DNA of 41,911 bases, from IMG/VR virus record IMGVR_UViG_3300029893_000022, positions 1 through 41,911 of that record; one strand, written 5' to 3'. Position 1 is the first letter of the stretch. Every line of letters starts with the position of its first letter. This document shows positions 14,935-25,470 of the stretch, piece after piece. The position numbers were made by a program, and so were the translations under genes. This DNA comes from a virus. Below the pieces are notes generated by a model. It saw only the letters and a list, made by a program, of their open reading frames with translations, searched no databases and was not told where the DNA came from.

Positions 14935-17900
14935 ATGACCGATCGTCCACCTTCCTCTCCTGATGCAGGTGAAATCTGGCGCGGCGTCTTCGGCGATCTT
15001 TATGGATTGGATCGCCCGGAAAGACAGCCGATGCGCCCAGAAGCTGTCGAGCGCCCAGAAATACCCAGGAATCTTGTCAGTTATGACAGTGAACGTCTCA
15101 AGACGCTCTATGGATTGACGCGCGCCACAACCAGACCGGAATGGATGGATGACCGCGTAAGCGGATTGATTGAGCAAGCGTACAACTTCTATGAGCAAAA
15201 CAATCTTTTGCCTACGGAAGTAGTCAGCTTGCTGGATGCAATTCCACTCGAAGGAATCCAAATGCCGCAAATTGGCGCCGAACCATTGCCGGAAATTGCC
15301 CCCGGACAGGCGCGTTATTACGGCATGACTGAGGAAGAATGGAATTCTTTAGACCCGTGGCAGCGATTGAGCATGCGCGTCATGGGAACGGCTGTTCCGG
15401 CGGGAGCGGCAACCGGTGCGGTAGCCGGCATTGCCGGAGGTGGTGGTCTTCAAGGTGGGATCGTCGGCGCGGCCATTGGTACAGGTTTGGGAGTCCTCGG
15501 ACAGAAGTTTCCGGCGCTGCAAACCTTCATGGATCGTGTGCTGGGCGTTGCCTGGCGCACCGGTAAACGCGCCGTTGGCACTGTTGGACTTGGATTGTAT
15601 TCGCTCAAACCTGGCGATGATTTCACGTTTGGTGAATGGATACGCAATCTGGATGATGCCTGGTATGCGTCTGAGCATGCGGCGCGGGTAATGCCGCTTG
15701 CAAGTCCTATGGAAGCATTTACCCGCCTTCAACCATTCCAAATACCGGTGGCCGGAATGCGCACCGGACTGGAAAGTATCCAACGCGGATTGGAAGGGCT
15801 TGGATTTGGTCGGCAGGCAGAACAAGTAGAAAAGGTTTCTCAACTATTTCCAGGGATAAAATCTCCGGTTGAATTGCGCATTGAGGATGGAAAATGGAAA
15901 GTATCCACGGTGCCCCGCCCGCAGATGGAAGCCTGGGAATTTGGAACGACTAAAACTCGCATCATCCCTGAAGAACAACAAGGCGCGCGGGCGCTGATCG
16001 AATATATGCGCCGTCTGGATTCTATCCCACCAGAACAGTGGGCGGAGGGACGTGCTGCCCTGGATGAAGAATTCGTGCAGCGTTATGGATTCCAGGGACA
16101 GATGAAAGAATTGTTGGGGTCTATCTTTCTCGATCCGTTTAATTATTTGGGGGGATGGACAACGAAAATAGCCGGGGGTGTGGGGAAATTACTCGGCGCA
16201 GCACCGGAGTTTGCAAATGCAATGGAAGGTGCAGCAGGGCCGGTTCAGGGTGTCCAACGCTTCAAAGCCCTGACGCGCACAATGGAGTTTGCGGATTGGA
16301 AACAATTATCGCCCATCGAGAAATGGTTGAGCGGCGCTTATTCCCCGGACGGAACACCAAAATTGTTGGAGAAGATGCCCAATGGCGGCATCCGTGGCGC
16401 AGCTTATAAGGCACTTGGCGGAGACAGCAGTCCTATCGCACGATCTTTTGGTTATCTGTTTCATCTGACGCCAGAGTCCAGAGTAAAAGAACTGGTCAAT
16501 GTTGGGTCTCAGAATATTGCCATGATCGCAGATCGGGCGGCAATGAACCCTGAACAATTCGTGAAGTTCGTGGAATTGATCGCGGATAATCAGATCGAAG
16601 CCGCTGCGCAATTGTCGGTAAAGGCATTTGGGGGGCCGGAGATGGGAGCGCTGATTCCTTCGTTGCGCGAGAATTTGCCCCTGTTGAAACAGGCCTTGGA
16701 AGAATATAACTCACCGCAGGCGCGCCAGATGCGCATTGCATTGCAGAATATCGCCAAAGTGAACAACATAGACGAAGCGACATTGATAAAACGCTTGATG
16801 GATATTCGCAGTGGTGATCGCAATGCTTTGACTTTCTTCAATAGCCTGCGAGAAACTGCTCAACGTGTGGGGGATGATGCAGCACAGGCGATATTGAAAG
16901 CCATTGATGATGGAGAATTGACGCCGGAAAGTCTGAAAGAATTTGCCGATGCAGTGAGCAGCAAGGGCGCAGTGTGGAGCGATAATCAGATGATCGGCAA
17001 GATGTATGCCACACTGATAGATGGCGTATCCCAATGGGCAGTGGATTATTATGGAGTAAAGCCCGATTCCTTTTCCATTCGATTGGGGAATATCGTTCGT
17101 CAGGTACAAGGACTGGTATTTCTGGATGCTTCGCCATCATATGCATTGCAGAACATTATAGACAACACATTGAAGATCACACGTGAAGGGGGTATTCTTG
17201 GATTTGCTATTTCCGGCGGGGCGCAAAAGTATATTGCGGATTTCTATCATGGGATTGCGCCAGAAAGTCTTGTGAAAGGTGGCTTGGCTGAATACTCATT
17301 CGGCGGAAAGGCATTGCCGGGTGCCATTGCCAAAGCAAAAGAAACACCGCCGGATGCAATTTCCAGAGCCGAAAAATTGATAAGCGGAATTCGGGAGAAG
17401 CTGCCTGTCTCGATGGGCAGATTATCCGCCAGGGCTGAGGTAAAAATGCGCACCGCAGCCTTTGCGGATGGTTTGCGCAAAGCAATGAACAATCTGTGGC
17501 AACCCGGAAAAGGATTTGATCGTTTGCCCGCAGAACTCGAAAATGCAATCGGCAAAGAAAATGCTCATGCTCTCTATAACAAGATCGCCGGGCTGCATGA
17601 TGGACAGAAGATTATTGATAGCCTGTTCGCCGAAGCAGATATTGGGCGGGTGGTAGATGAAGCTGTTGGGGATGCTGCTTCTGCTTTAGGGAAAGACGCT
17701 ACGGCGGCACGCCAATTGTTGGATCAGCTTGGCATCTTAGATCAGTTAAGAGAGAAATTACCGCCAGGGGCTACGAGCAATCAAATACATGCCGCCTTTG
17801 ATGACGTAGTGAAACAGGCGCGTCAGGAATTTGCCAAACAACATCGAGAACAAGTCATGGCGCGTTTCGAGAAGGCGATTAATAAAAGCTCCGAAGAAGG

Positions 17901-20900
17901 AACATTAGGGACATTGGCGGTTTTCGATGATATTTCTCAGATGCATTATGAGCAACGCATGTATGACATCAGTCAGTGGGATGCCATTTTTTCTGGGAAA
18001 GAGATCGGCGTTCGAGGAGATGATATTTCGGCGGCTGTGATTCGCCAGTATGAACAACAACGAGATGCGTACAAAATGCTCAATGAAAACGTACGCGCTA
18101 TGTACGCCGGTGTCTCTGAGGCGTTGGGAGTTGACAGCGCTTATGGAAAATTCTTTGCCAATACTGCTTTGGATGAACATAATCTGTGGCGTGGTTTTTA
18201 CGACACGGTTCTGGCGGACTATAAACGATTGCGGGCGGAAGCTGCGAAGCTGAAAGGAAAAGATGTACCGGCTCAGGAATGGAAGCGCATCAGCGATCTT
18301 TGGGCGGAAGTGAGAGAAAAGAACCGTCAGCTCTATATCGAGACCAATACCAGAGCTTTGGAGATACAGGCGGCGCGGGATACGAAAGTCGTAGAGATGA
18401 TTGGGACGCGCTATGGCGAAGAAGCTGCTGTGGCTGCCAAACAATGGTTGGATGGAGTACGAAACATAACAGACGAACTTTATACTGCTGTTGAAAACTT
18501 CCGCCTGAGCCTGGAAGAGATGCCACGTGAACAACGCGGCCCGGCGTGGGAGAAATTCTGGCGCGAGACCTATCAACCGTTGATGGCAAGACGCCTCGCC
18601 GAGAACCTGGCTGGCGCACGCGAAGTCTATGCACGGGCAATGCAAATCGAAAAATCTGGAGCGGCAAGCCCACCCAGAGCCGAACCTATTGCGCCTGCCG
18701 AGAAATGGGTTCAGGAAGCACGCCAGCAGAAATTATATGAAATGACCGGCCTCACCGAACAAGATCGTTTGTTTGTGATAGAGATGCGCCGTCTGGCTTC
18801 TGAGTATGGAATTCCGAGCGCAGATGAAAGTGGAAGACCGATTTCCGGTTTCGATAAACGCCTTATCAATACGATCAATAAATATGGTGGGACAGATTAT
18901 AAAGATATTCTGGAGATCAATCCTGAAATTGCACGCCAGGCATTGGAGCGGCATGCAATTGAAAAAGGAATTGAATTACCGCAAGAACCGCGCGTTGCTG
19001 ATTTTCCAGAACCTGATCCAGACGAGGTTCTGAAACTAGCACAGACGATTGAACAGGAACGGCTTGAAGGCGCATTGCGCGGATGGACAGAAGATTTACC
19101 CGGATACAAGCCGATTGAAAAGAAACCGACCGCTCCGACAGGAGCAGATGTGATTGGCGTAGCACCTCCAGGGACGATAGATGGTTTATCTGGGATGCCG
19201 CTTTATGACATCAATTGGCAAGGATGGAATACTGAGGTCAGCCCATTGTTGCGCGCATTGGAAGATACTATGCTTGATCCGACAAAGCGAGCAGTGACGG
19301 CTAAGAATCTGAATCTTACACCAGAACAAACCAAAGCCTTGCGTTTGTGGGCAGAGAAAGTTCGTGGACAATTGACAGATGCCAAGTTCGCTGCCACAAA
19401 GTTTTCTGAGATCAGTATGAATATGGCGATGCTGGATTATGATCGGCGTTATGGTTTAGATAATATTGCCAACTTATTCATCCCTTATCAATTCTGGTAC
19501 ACGCGTTCTGCACTGAACTGGATGCTTACTGCTATTGACCGACCGGCGTGGTTCGTGCAATGGCATCGCATCCGTGAAATGCAAGAAGAATTAGCCAGAC
19601 CGGTGGAAGGATTTCCTTCGCGTCTGGCGGGAAAGCTGGCTATTCCAATGCCTTTTATGCCGGAGGGTTGGGGCAACACGATTTATGTTGATCCGTGGCA
19701 TCAGATATTCGGTTTCGAAAGTATGCTTGCCCAGGTAACGCGGCCGTTGGCACGTGATATTTCTAATCGTGTTGGGCGTGCCACTTATATTATTGACGAA
19801 ATGATACAGAATGGCGAGATTACACCCGAAGAGGGCGATCAAGCCAAAAAGAGTCAATCCGGCGCAATATGGGAACAAGCATATAGACAAGCAGAAGCCG
19901 AAGTGAAGGCAGAAGTTTCCACACCGCTGGATTTGGTCAACACTGTGTTCTCATTTAGCTTGCCGTTGCAATGGGCATTAGAACGAACAGGATTATTACA
20001 GGATCGTTATGGTGGTGGTGTTGGTAGTTACCCATTGTTCTCCACCATTCAGAACATCACCAGCTTCATGACGCCAGGTGGAATCAACATACCGGAGACA
20101 ATATCCAATGCATTGGGAGCGGCTGAAAATCCAGAAGCCTATCGTGGTTTTCTGTATGAATACTATATTCAGCGCGAACTGGCGAACATGGCTGCTAATG
20201 GTGCAGATATTGAATTGATCCGCAAAGCAATGGTAGATAAGAGCGGCCCGCTTTGGGAAGCGGCGGAAAGAACTGCGGCACAACAACAGGCGGTTCGTTC
20301 TTTTGCGTCTATCTTCTGGGCGGACTTCTTTCCAGAGGGCGAAGAACAACAGAGAAAGTTGAGAACTCTATTCGAGCAATATGCCGATCAAGGAAAGCTG
20401 ACGGAGTTTTTCGATAAATATCCAGAGTATCAGGCGCGCATGATGCTTAGAAACTGGGATGATCCAGAAGCCATGATGCGTCAATTTTTGGTCAGCAATG
20501 CCTGGGATGCCTATTATAAATTGAGCGATTTAGAGAGACGCGCTGTGCGTGAACAGTTCGGCGATCTCTTTGCGGATAGTTTCTTGAACAAAGAGACGCG
20601 TAGCTATGACAGCATTGATACAGAGACGCTTGCCGGATGGGTGCGTGCTATGCGTGGGGTTGTTCCTGAAACTGCGCCAGGGGGGATGCCACAGATTGAA
20701 CTGCCGACGCCGGAATTAAGTGCGCTCTATGACCAATATAATTCGCTTCCTGGATCAGATTTGATGAAATTCTACTGGTCATTGCCGGAAGCGATGCGAG
20801 ATGAATTCAAGCGCAATCATCCAGAATATTATCAGTATCAGGATGCGAAGGCGATCTTTTTGATGCAGCATCCTGATCTATTGCCATACATCATTAGCGA

Positions 20901-21384
20901 GGATAGCTATCTTGCTGGCGCATCGCCAGAAGTTTTACAGGAATATTATTTCTATCTGGCTGAAAGAGCAATGTATTTTCCTATGATTAAGGCGACACAG
21001 AATCAATATTACAGCCTTCCAAAGAATGAACGTCGGGCATTTCTGGCGCAGCACCCAGAATTGAAAGCCTATTGGGATTGGAATAGAGATCGGAAAGATC
21101 AATTATCTCCAATGGCGCGTTATTATGTGATAGGCGAAGAGGGGATGCGCAAAGAAGCGCTGGGGAATTTATATGAGCCGGAATATGAAGTGAACTATGA
21201 GGTATTCCCAACAGAATTATTGACATTTCTGCTGGCAGAATCGCTTCTCAATCGTCCGCTGGGGCCGAGCAGCATGGCGACTCTGCGTGATATTTGGGAA
21301 CAAGAGCGCCCGCCCATGTCTTTTGAGGATTGGCTTGCTCTGGTAAGACAGGGATTTGCATGGGATCCAATCAATGCAAGATAA
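14935..21384 (+). CDS. giant protein (2149 aa), function unknown; possibly virion-internal or ejection protein
   Basis: A 6450-nt open frame between portal and scaffold/capsid genes; N-terminal Gly-rich hydrophobic segment (GTAVPAGAATGAVAGIAGGGGLQGGIVGAAIGTGLGVLG); otherwise largely helical and charged; no Walker or polymerase motif recognised. Confidence 0.8.
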   Translation: MTDRPPSSPDAGEIWRGVFGDLYGLDRPERQPMRPEAVERPEIPRNLVSYDSERLKTLYGLTRATTRPEWMDDRVSGLIEQAYNFYEQNNLLPTEVVSLLDAIPLEGIQMPQIGAEPLPEIAPGQARYYGMTEEEWNSLDPWQRLSMRVMGTAVPAGAATGAVAGIAGGGGLQGGIVGAAIGTGLGVLGQKFPALQTFMDRVLGVAWRTGKRAVGTVGLGLYSLKPGDDFTFGEWIRNLDDAWYASEHAARVMPLASPMEAFTRLQPFQIPVAGMRTGLESIQRGLEGLGFGRQAEQVEKVSQLFPGIKSPVELRIEDGKWKVSTVPRPQMEAWEFGTTKTRIIPEEQQGARALIEYMRRLDSIPPEQWAEGRAALDEEFVQRYGFQGQMKELLGSIFLDPFNYLGGWTTKIAGGVGKLLGAAPEFANAMEGAAGPVQGVQRFKALTRTMEFADWKQLSPIEKWLSGAYSPDGTPKLLEKMPNGGIRGAAYKALGGDSSPIARSFGYLFHLTPESRVKELVNVGSQNIAMIADRAAMNPEQFVKFVELIADNQIEAAAQLSVKAFGGPEMGALIPSLRENLPLLKQALEEYNSPQARQMRIALQNIAKVNNIDEATLIKRLMDIRSGDRNALTFFNSLRETAQRVGDDAAQAILKAIDDGELTPESLKEFADAVSSKGAVWSDNQMIGKMYATLIDGVSQWAVDYYGVKPDSFSIRLGNIVRQVQGLVFLDASPSYALQNIIDNTLKITREGGILGFAISGGAQKYIADFYHGIAPESLVKGGLAEYSFGGKALPGAIAKAKETPPDAISRAEKLISGIREKLPVSMGRLSARAEVKMRTAAFADGLRKAMNNLWQPGKGFDRLPAELENAIGKENAHALYNKIAGLHDGQKIIDSLFAEADIGRVVDEAVGDAASALGKDATAARQLLDQLGILDQLREKLPPGATSNQIHAAFDDVVKQARQEFAKQHREQVMARFEKAINKSSEEGTLGTLAVFDDISQMHYEQRMYDISQWDAIFSGKEIGVRGDDISAAVIRQYEQQRDAYKMLNENVRAMYAGVSEALGVDSAYGKFFANTALDEHNLWRGFYDTVLADYKRLRAEAAKLKGKDVPAQEWKRISDLWAEVREKNRQLYIETNTRALEIQAARDTKVVEMIGTRYGEEAAVAAKQWLDGVRNITDELYTAVENFRLSLEEMPREQRGPAWEKFWRETYQPLMARRLAENLAGAREVYARAMQIEKSGAASPPRAEPIAPAEKWVQEARQQKLYEMTGLTEQDRLFVIEMRRLASEYGIPSADESGRPISGFDKRLINTINKYGGTDYKDILEINPEIARQALERHAIEKGIELPQEPRVADFPEPDPDEVLKLAQTIEQERLEGALRGWTEDLPGYKPIEKKPTAPTGADVIGVAPPGTIDGLSGMPLYDINWQGWNTEVSPLLRALEDTMLDPTKRAVTAKNLNLTPEQTKALRLWAEKVRGQLTDAKFAATKFSEISMNMAMLDYDRRYGLDNIANLFIPYQFWYTRSALNWMLTAIDRPAWFVQWHRIREMQEELARPVEGFPSRLAGKLAIPMPFMPEGWGNTIYVDPWHQIFGFESMLAQVTRPLARDISNRVGRATYIIDEMIQNGEITPEEGDQAKKSQSGAIWEQAYRQAEAEVKAEVSTPLDLVNTVFSFSLPLQWALERTGLLQDRYGGGVGSYPLFSTIQNITSFMTPGGINIPETISNALGAAENPEAYRGFLYEYYIQRELANMAANGADIELIRKAMVDKSGPLWEAAERTAAQQQAVRSFASIFWADFFPEGEEQQRKLRTLFEQYADQGKLTEFFDKYPEYQARMMLRNWDDPEAMMRQFLVSNAWDAYYKLSDLERRAVREQFGDLFADSFLNKETRSYDSIDTETLAGWVRAMRGVVPETAPGGMPQIELPTPELSALYDQYNSLPGSDLMKFYWSLPEAMRDEFKRNHPEYYQYQDAKAIFLMQHPDLLPYIISEDSYLAGASPEVLQEYYFYLAERAMYFPMIKATQNQYYSLPKNERRAFLAQHPELKAYWDWNRDRKDQLSPMARYYVIGEEGMRKEALGNLYEPEYEVNYEVFPTELLTFLLAESLLNRPLGPSSMATLRDIWEQERPPMSFEDWLALVRQGFAWDPINAR

Positions 21385-21428
21385 ATCTCATGTTATAATA
21401 ATTGTACAAGTGTATGAGGAGGTCTTGA

Positions 21429-22139
21429 ATGGACAGTATTGACAACAGCTTTGGGAGTGGTTTGGCGGAGGAACAACTGCCGGACGAAACCATTCAGGCG
21501 GATGGCGCACTTCCAGAGAGTCAACCACAATACGTCACAGAAGACATTCTGGAGCATGTTTTGGATCAGTTCAGCGAAAAGCTGACACGTAAAATCCAGA
21601 GCATGACGGACAAGAAGTCTGACCGCATCAAGAAAGAACTGGAGAAGAAACTGCAAGAGAAGGCTGAGATTTATGCGGCGCTGGGATTACAGATGCCAGA
21701 ACACATAAAACAGCAAGAGATCGAGCGTTATCTTCAGTCAATCCAGGATCAGCCGGAAGCAGACGAAGGAGCTGCTCCTATCATTCCTGATCCGATTGTG
21801 GAGGCGGTCAACCGGCGCGCAGCGCTGATCGAGAAGAGGTATGGCGTGACTTTGAATGAAGATGACCCTGAGATCAAGCTGGTCAACTTCCGCACGCTGG
21901 ACCCAATGGAATATCTCGAATCGCGTGAAGCGGCGGTGAAGGCGAAGGCCGCGCGTCTGAAAGGCGCGGGGCAAGGTGCGCCGTCTGTGCCTGCTGCACG
22001 TTCCCCGGCGATAGGTCAGGGTCAGCCCAGCGGTGATTTGATGGCACAGTATCTGCGCGAGATACAAAGCGTTCGCCCTGGAAGCGAAGAGGCGCTGCAA
22101 ATTCGGCGCAAATATCGCCAGAAGGGGTTGGCTCTATGA
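21429..22139 (+). CDS. scaffolding-like protein (putative)
   Basis: GAGGAGG RBS; acidic, helical, coiled-coil-rich 236-aa protein directly upstream of the capsid gene. Confidence 0.5.
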   Translation: MDSIDNSFGSGLAEEQLPDETIQADGALPESQPQYVTEDILEHVLDQFSEKLTRKIQSMTDKKSDRIKKELEKKLQEKAEIYAALGLQMPEHIKQQEIERYLQSIQDQPEADEGAAPIIPDPIVEAVNRRAALIEKRYGVTLNEDDPEIKLVNFRTLDPMEYLESREAAVKAKAARLKGAGQGAPSVPAARSPAIGQGQPSGDLMAQYLREIQSVRPGSEEALQIRRKYRQKGLAL

Positions 22140-22155
22140 ATTAGGAGGTTTTTAA

Positions 22156-23304
22156 ATGGCTGTCACGGATAGTCCATTCAGCACTTACAGCGATACCACC
22201 ACTCATCGCCGGGCAATTACGGATGTCATCAGCTTGATTGACCCGACCACCACTCCGGCGATTGCCGCGATGGGCGGTTTGGATGGAGCTGCTTCAAAAT
22301 TTCGTTTTGTGAACTGGCCTTCAAAGACTGTCGAATGGCTTGAGGATACTCATGCTCCATTGAGCGATACTTTGAATGAATCGGCCAGCATCACTTCTAC
22401 TGTCACCACGATTACGGTTACGGATGCTTCGCTGTATGAGCCAGGATACATTATCAAGATTGATAGTGAATATCTCTGGGTCTCCTCGGCTGCGATTACA
22501 ACCAATATCTTGACCGTTACTCGTGGCGTTGCCGGTTCTACGGCTGCGACCCACGCCTCCACTGCGTCTATTGAGATCATCTCCAATGCACGCGTGGAAG
22601 GTGCGGAAAGCACGCCGATTGCATTTACGACTCGTACAACCGGTTCGAATGTGACACAGATTTTCCATCAGGAAGTCAAAGTCCCGCGTTCGCAAATCAA
22701 GTTATCTCAATATGGCATTGCAGATGAAATGGCTTATCAGAAAGATAAGGCTGTTCCGGCGATTATGCGCATGATTGAGAAACATATATTTAACTCGAAG
22801 GCGCTTTCGACCGGTTCTGTTTCGGTTGGCCGCATCATGAACGGCTTGCAGGGCTTCATCACCACCAACAAGATCAGTGGAGCGAGTCTGTCTCAGGCGG
22901 CATTTGAGAATGCGGTTCTTTCCGCTTATAACAATGGTGGCGGCGGGCCGTGGGTGGCATTCGTCAATCCGGTTGTGAAACAGAAGATCAAAAACTTCTA
23001 TGACACGACTGGAGTAGCTTCGGCGACCATCCTGCGTGTATCTCAGGATACGCGCGAAGTCGGCATGAACATTGACCGCATCAACACCCCATTTGGTACG
23101 GTTGATCTGGTGATGACGCGTTGGGTTGCTTCCAACATTGTTCCCATCGTTGACCTGCAACACGTTGGGTTCATCACCTATGATCCGTTCCAGTGGGAAG
23201 ACCTCGCCAAGACCGGCGACTATGAGCGCGCCGAAGTGGTCGGCGAGTTCACCTTCTGCCTGCGACAGGAGAAGGCACACGCCATTTTGACCGCGGTGAG
23301 CTAA
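22156..23304 (+). CDS. major capsid protein (putative)
   Basis: AGGAGG RBS; 382 aa; position after scaffold; followed by a strong hairpin terminator. Confidence 0.6.
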   Translation: MAVTDSPFSTYSDTTTHRRAITDVISLIDPTTTPAIAAMGGLDGAASKFRFVNWPSKTVEWLEDTHAPLSDTLNESASITSTVTTITVTDASLYEPGYIIKIDSEYLWVSSAAITTNILTVTRGVAGSTAATHASTASIEIISNARVEGAESTPIAFTTRTTGSNVTQIFHQEVKVPRSQIKLSQYGIADEMAYQKDKAVPAIMRMIEKHIFNSKALSTGSVSVGRIMNGLQGFITTNKISGASLSQAAFENAVLSAYNNGGGGPWVAFVNPVVKQKIKNFYDTTGVASATILRVSQDTREVGMNIDRINTPFGTVDLVMTRWVASNIVPIVDLQHVGFITYDPFQWEDLAKTGDYERAEVVGEFTFCLRQEKAHAILTAVS

Positions 23305-23310
23305 TCAACT

Positions 23311-23340
23311 GAGGGGCGGTGGAAACGCCGCCCCTCTTCT
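23311..23340 (+). terminator. putative intrinsic terminator after the capsid gene
   Basis: GAGGGGCGG-tggaaac-CCGCCCCTC stem-loop followed by TTCT. Confidence 0.45.
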
Positions 23341-23350
23341 AAAACCGACA

Positions 23351-23575
23351 ATGTCTCTATCGAGCATCAGCCCCATTGTAAAGTGTAAATATCCTGGATG
23401 CGGGCGTTATGTGACGATTCAGATCGAAACGTTTGTTTCAGACCCCGACGGACAGATCATGCAATTATCTATGAAAACAGCGATGGAAAATGCATTGTGC
23501 GATTTCCATCGGCGTCAACGCGCCTGGTACTCACAGCAAGGGCGTCTTGAGGATTGGGAAGCCGGAAGACCATAG
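23351..23575 (+). CDS. small Cys-containing hypothetical protein
   Basis: 74 aa with CKYPGC ... CDFH; weak RBS. Confidence 0.4.
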   Translation: MSLSSISPIVKCKYPGCGRYVTIQIETFVSDPDGQIMQLSMKTAMENALCDFHRRQRAWYSQQGRLEDWEAGRP

Positions 23576-23586
23576 AAGGATAGATC

Positions 23587-24492
23587 ATGAGCCACAAAAT
23601 TGATATTGGAATTGCCTGCGGACAGGTGCAGTATTCTTCCTGGTGGGGAAGAATGCTTGGCTTGCTATTACAGGAACAGCAAAACGGAATAGAAATTGGA
23701 CAGATCATGACCATTGGAAGCGCGCTGCCCGATTTCAACAAAAACAACATCGTTGGCGGATGGCGAAACGTCAATGAAAAAGGGCGTGCTTCGAAGACCG
23801 ATGCCAACCGCGTGGTGATTACCAAGAGATTCCTGGGCGGCGATCCACAGCATGATTGGAAGGCAGAATGGCTGATGTGGTTCGATGACGATACCGTACC
23901 GCCGGATAACGTCATATCCAGATTGCTGGCACACAATAAAGATGCAGTCGCCGGGCTGTATTTCAATCCCAATCCGCCGAAGAATCCAATTGCTTATGTG
24001 AAAAATAAAGATGGCGTTGGATATGACGCGCTCTATAATTTTCCTTATGGGGCGCTGATGCAGGTGGATAGCGTTGGGATGGGGTGTACATTGGTACACC
24101 GTTCCGTTTATGAACGCATCCAGAGTGAATTTGAAATCTTTGTCCGTCCTAATGGCTCTTATATGCCCATACATAAGAGCGCCATCTATAATAAGAACAT
24201 TCCAGAACTTACGGCACAACCGGAAACGATGAAAGAAATCGTCATCAATGGCTGGTATTGCATGCGAATACAAAAACCAGACGAAGACGATGATCGTGCA
24301 TTTCCATTTTATGCGATGGAATATGGACGGACAGAGGATCATCACTTTTGGGAGCTTGCGGCACAGGTGGGCATCAGACCGTGGGTGGATACTACGATCA
24401 CCTGCGGCCATATCAAACCGGCGGCTGTGACGTATAAGGACTACAAAGATTATGTCAATGGGGTAACATATGAGAATACTGGCGCAAGGTAA
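23587..24492 (+). CDS. GT-A fold (family 2-like) glycosyltransferase
   Basis: GAAGGA RBS; DxD-type motif MWFDDDTVPPDN in a 301-aa soluble protein. Confidence 0.6.
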   Translation: MSHKIDIGIACGQVQYSSWWGRMLGLLLQEQQNGIEIGQIMTIGSALPDFNKNNIVGGWRNVNEKGRASKTDANRVVITKRFLGGDPQHDWKAEWLMWFDDDTVPPDNVISRLLAHNKDAVAGLYFNPNPPKNPIAYVKNKDGVGYDALYNFPYGALMQVDSVGMGCTLVHRSVYERIQSEFEIFVRPNGSYMPIHKSAIYNKNIPELTAQPETMKEIVINGWYCMRIQKPDEDDDRAFPFYAMEYGRTEDHHFWELAAQVGIRPWVDTTITCGHIKPAAVTYKDYKDYVNGVTYENTGAR

Positions 24493-24958
24493 TCCCGAAT
24501 TAATCAAGCAACGATATGGGGGATTGGGAATTGAGATCGTCGAGGAATTATCTGAGGATGATAAAGATTTCGACATGATCGTATTGGATCATGTATTGCA
24601 ACAATTCAATCGGCGTGATGTGCCGGAAGCAATTGAATACTATAAGGAGAAATTGAAAACGGGTGGGGATATGATAGTCACCACGCCAAGCCTTGAATGG
24701 GCTTGCAGCGAGATCGTGACGAACGACAATCCATCTGCAATGGTCTATCTCAGCCTTTATGGCGACGACAATGTACAAAACAGAAGTGGCTTTACGCTGA
24801 ATTGGTTGCGGGCTATTCTTGAACGCGCCGGATTTTATACCAAGATAGCAATTGGAGAATGGTATATTGCCGAAGTGAATGGACAGCGGGAAAAAGCCAT
24901 GAAAAACACAGTCATTGGAACGAAAATGCCTGAGGATCCGTCGGAGGCGATTGAGTGA
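24470..24958 (+). CDS. methyltransferase-like protein (divergent)
   Basis: 162 aa overlapping the glycosyltransferase 3-prime end; DMIVLDHVLQ resembles the motif II region of class I methyltransferases, but no clear GxGxG motif. Confidence 0.45.
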   Translation: MRILAQGNPELIKQRYGGLGIEIVEELSEDDKDFDMIVLDHVLQQFNRRDVPEAIEYYKEKLKTGGDMIVTTPSLEWACSEIVTNDNPSAMVYLSLYGDDNVQNRSGFTLNWLRAILERAGFYTKIAIGEWYIAEVNGQREKAMKNTVIGTKMPEDPSEAIE

Positions 24959-25470
24959 TGCTGGCAAATTACAGGAAAGTTATCGAATGGGTGAAGAAAA
25001 GAAAGCCAGAACGCGGAGATATTCTTGAGATTGGTTGCTTGGGCGGAGATGGAACGCGTCTGTTGGCAAATGAATTTCCAGATCGAACGATTGTAGTCGT
25101 TGATCCGTTCGATATACAAGCCGACAAAACGCCGGGGATGGAAGAACTTTACCAGAAGGAATTGAAAGGGCGGGATCAGATCGAAGTCTTTTCGGAAAAC
25201 ATATCCAATGCAAAGGCGACGATCAAAATTGTGCCGATGGACAGCCGTGATTGGACGCCATCTGAGGAATTCTTTCTGGCTATTGTGGATGGAGGACATT
25301 CCGCAGATTGCATCGAAAATGATCTACGCAAGCTTTGGGCAATCACGCGTTATATTGCAGTACATGATTACGGAACGATGCCGGATGTTACAAAAGTCGT
25401 GGATCAATATATCGAGGCATTGAAGCCGAAGACAACACGCATAGATGATTTCATTATTCTGGAGTTTTGA
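24958..25470 (+). CDS. class I SAM-dependent methyltransferase (TylF/O-methyltransferase-like)
   Basis: GGAGG RBS; motif I ILEIGCLGGDGT; acidic-loop VVVDPF; AIVDGGH. Confidence 0.65.
   Translation: MLANYRKVIEWVKKRKPERGDILEIGCLGGDGTRLLANEFPDRTIVVVDPFDIQADKTPGMEELYQKELKGRDQIEVFSENISNAKATIKIVPMDSRDWTPSEEFFLAIVDGGHSADCIENDLRKLWAITRYIAVHDYGTMPDVTKVVDQYIEALKPKTTRIDDFIILEF

Noticed and set aside
17905-18645. Minus-strand ORFs inside the giant gene (for example 17905..18645, 16711..17109) and inside the glycosyltransferase cassette (23668..24576, 24548..24967)
   Set aside because: Antisense shadow frames within long, strongly supported plus-strand genes.
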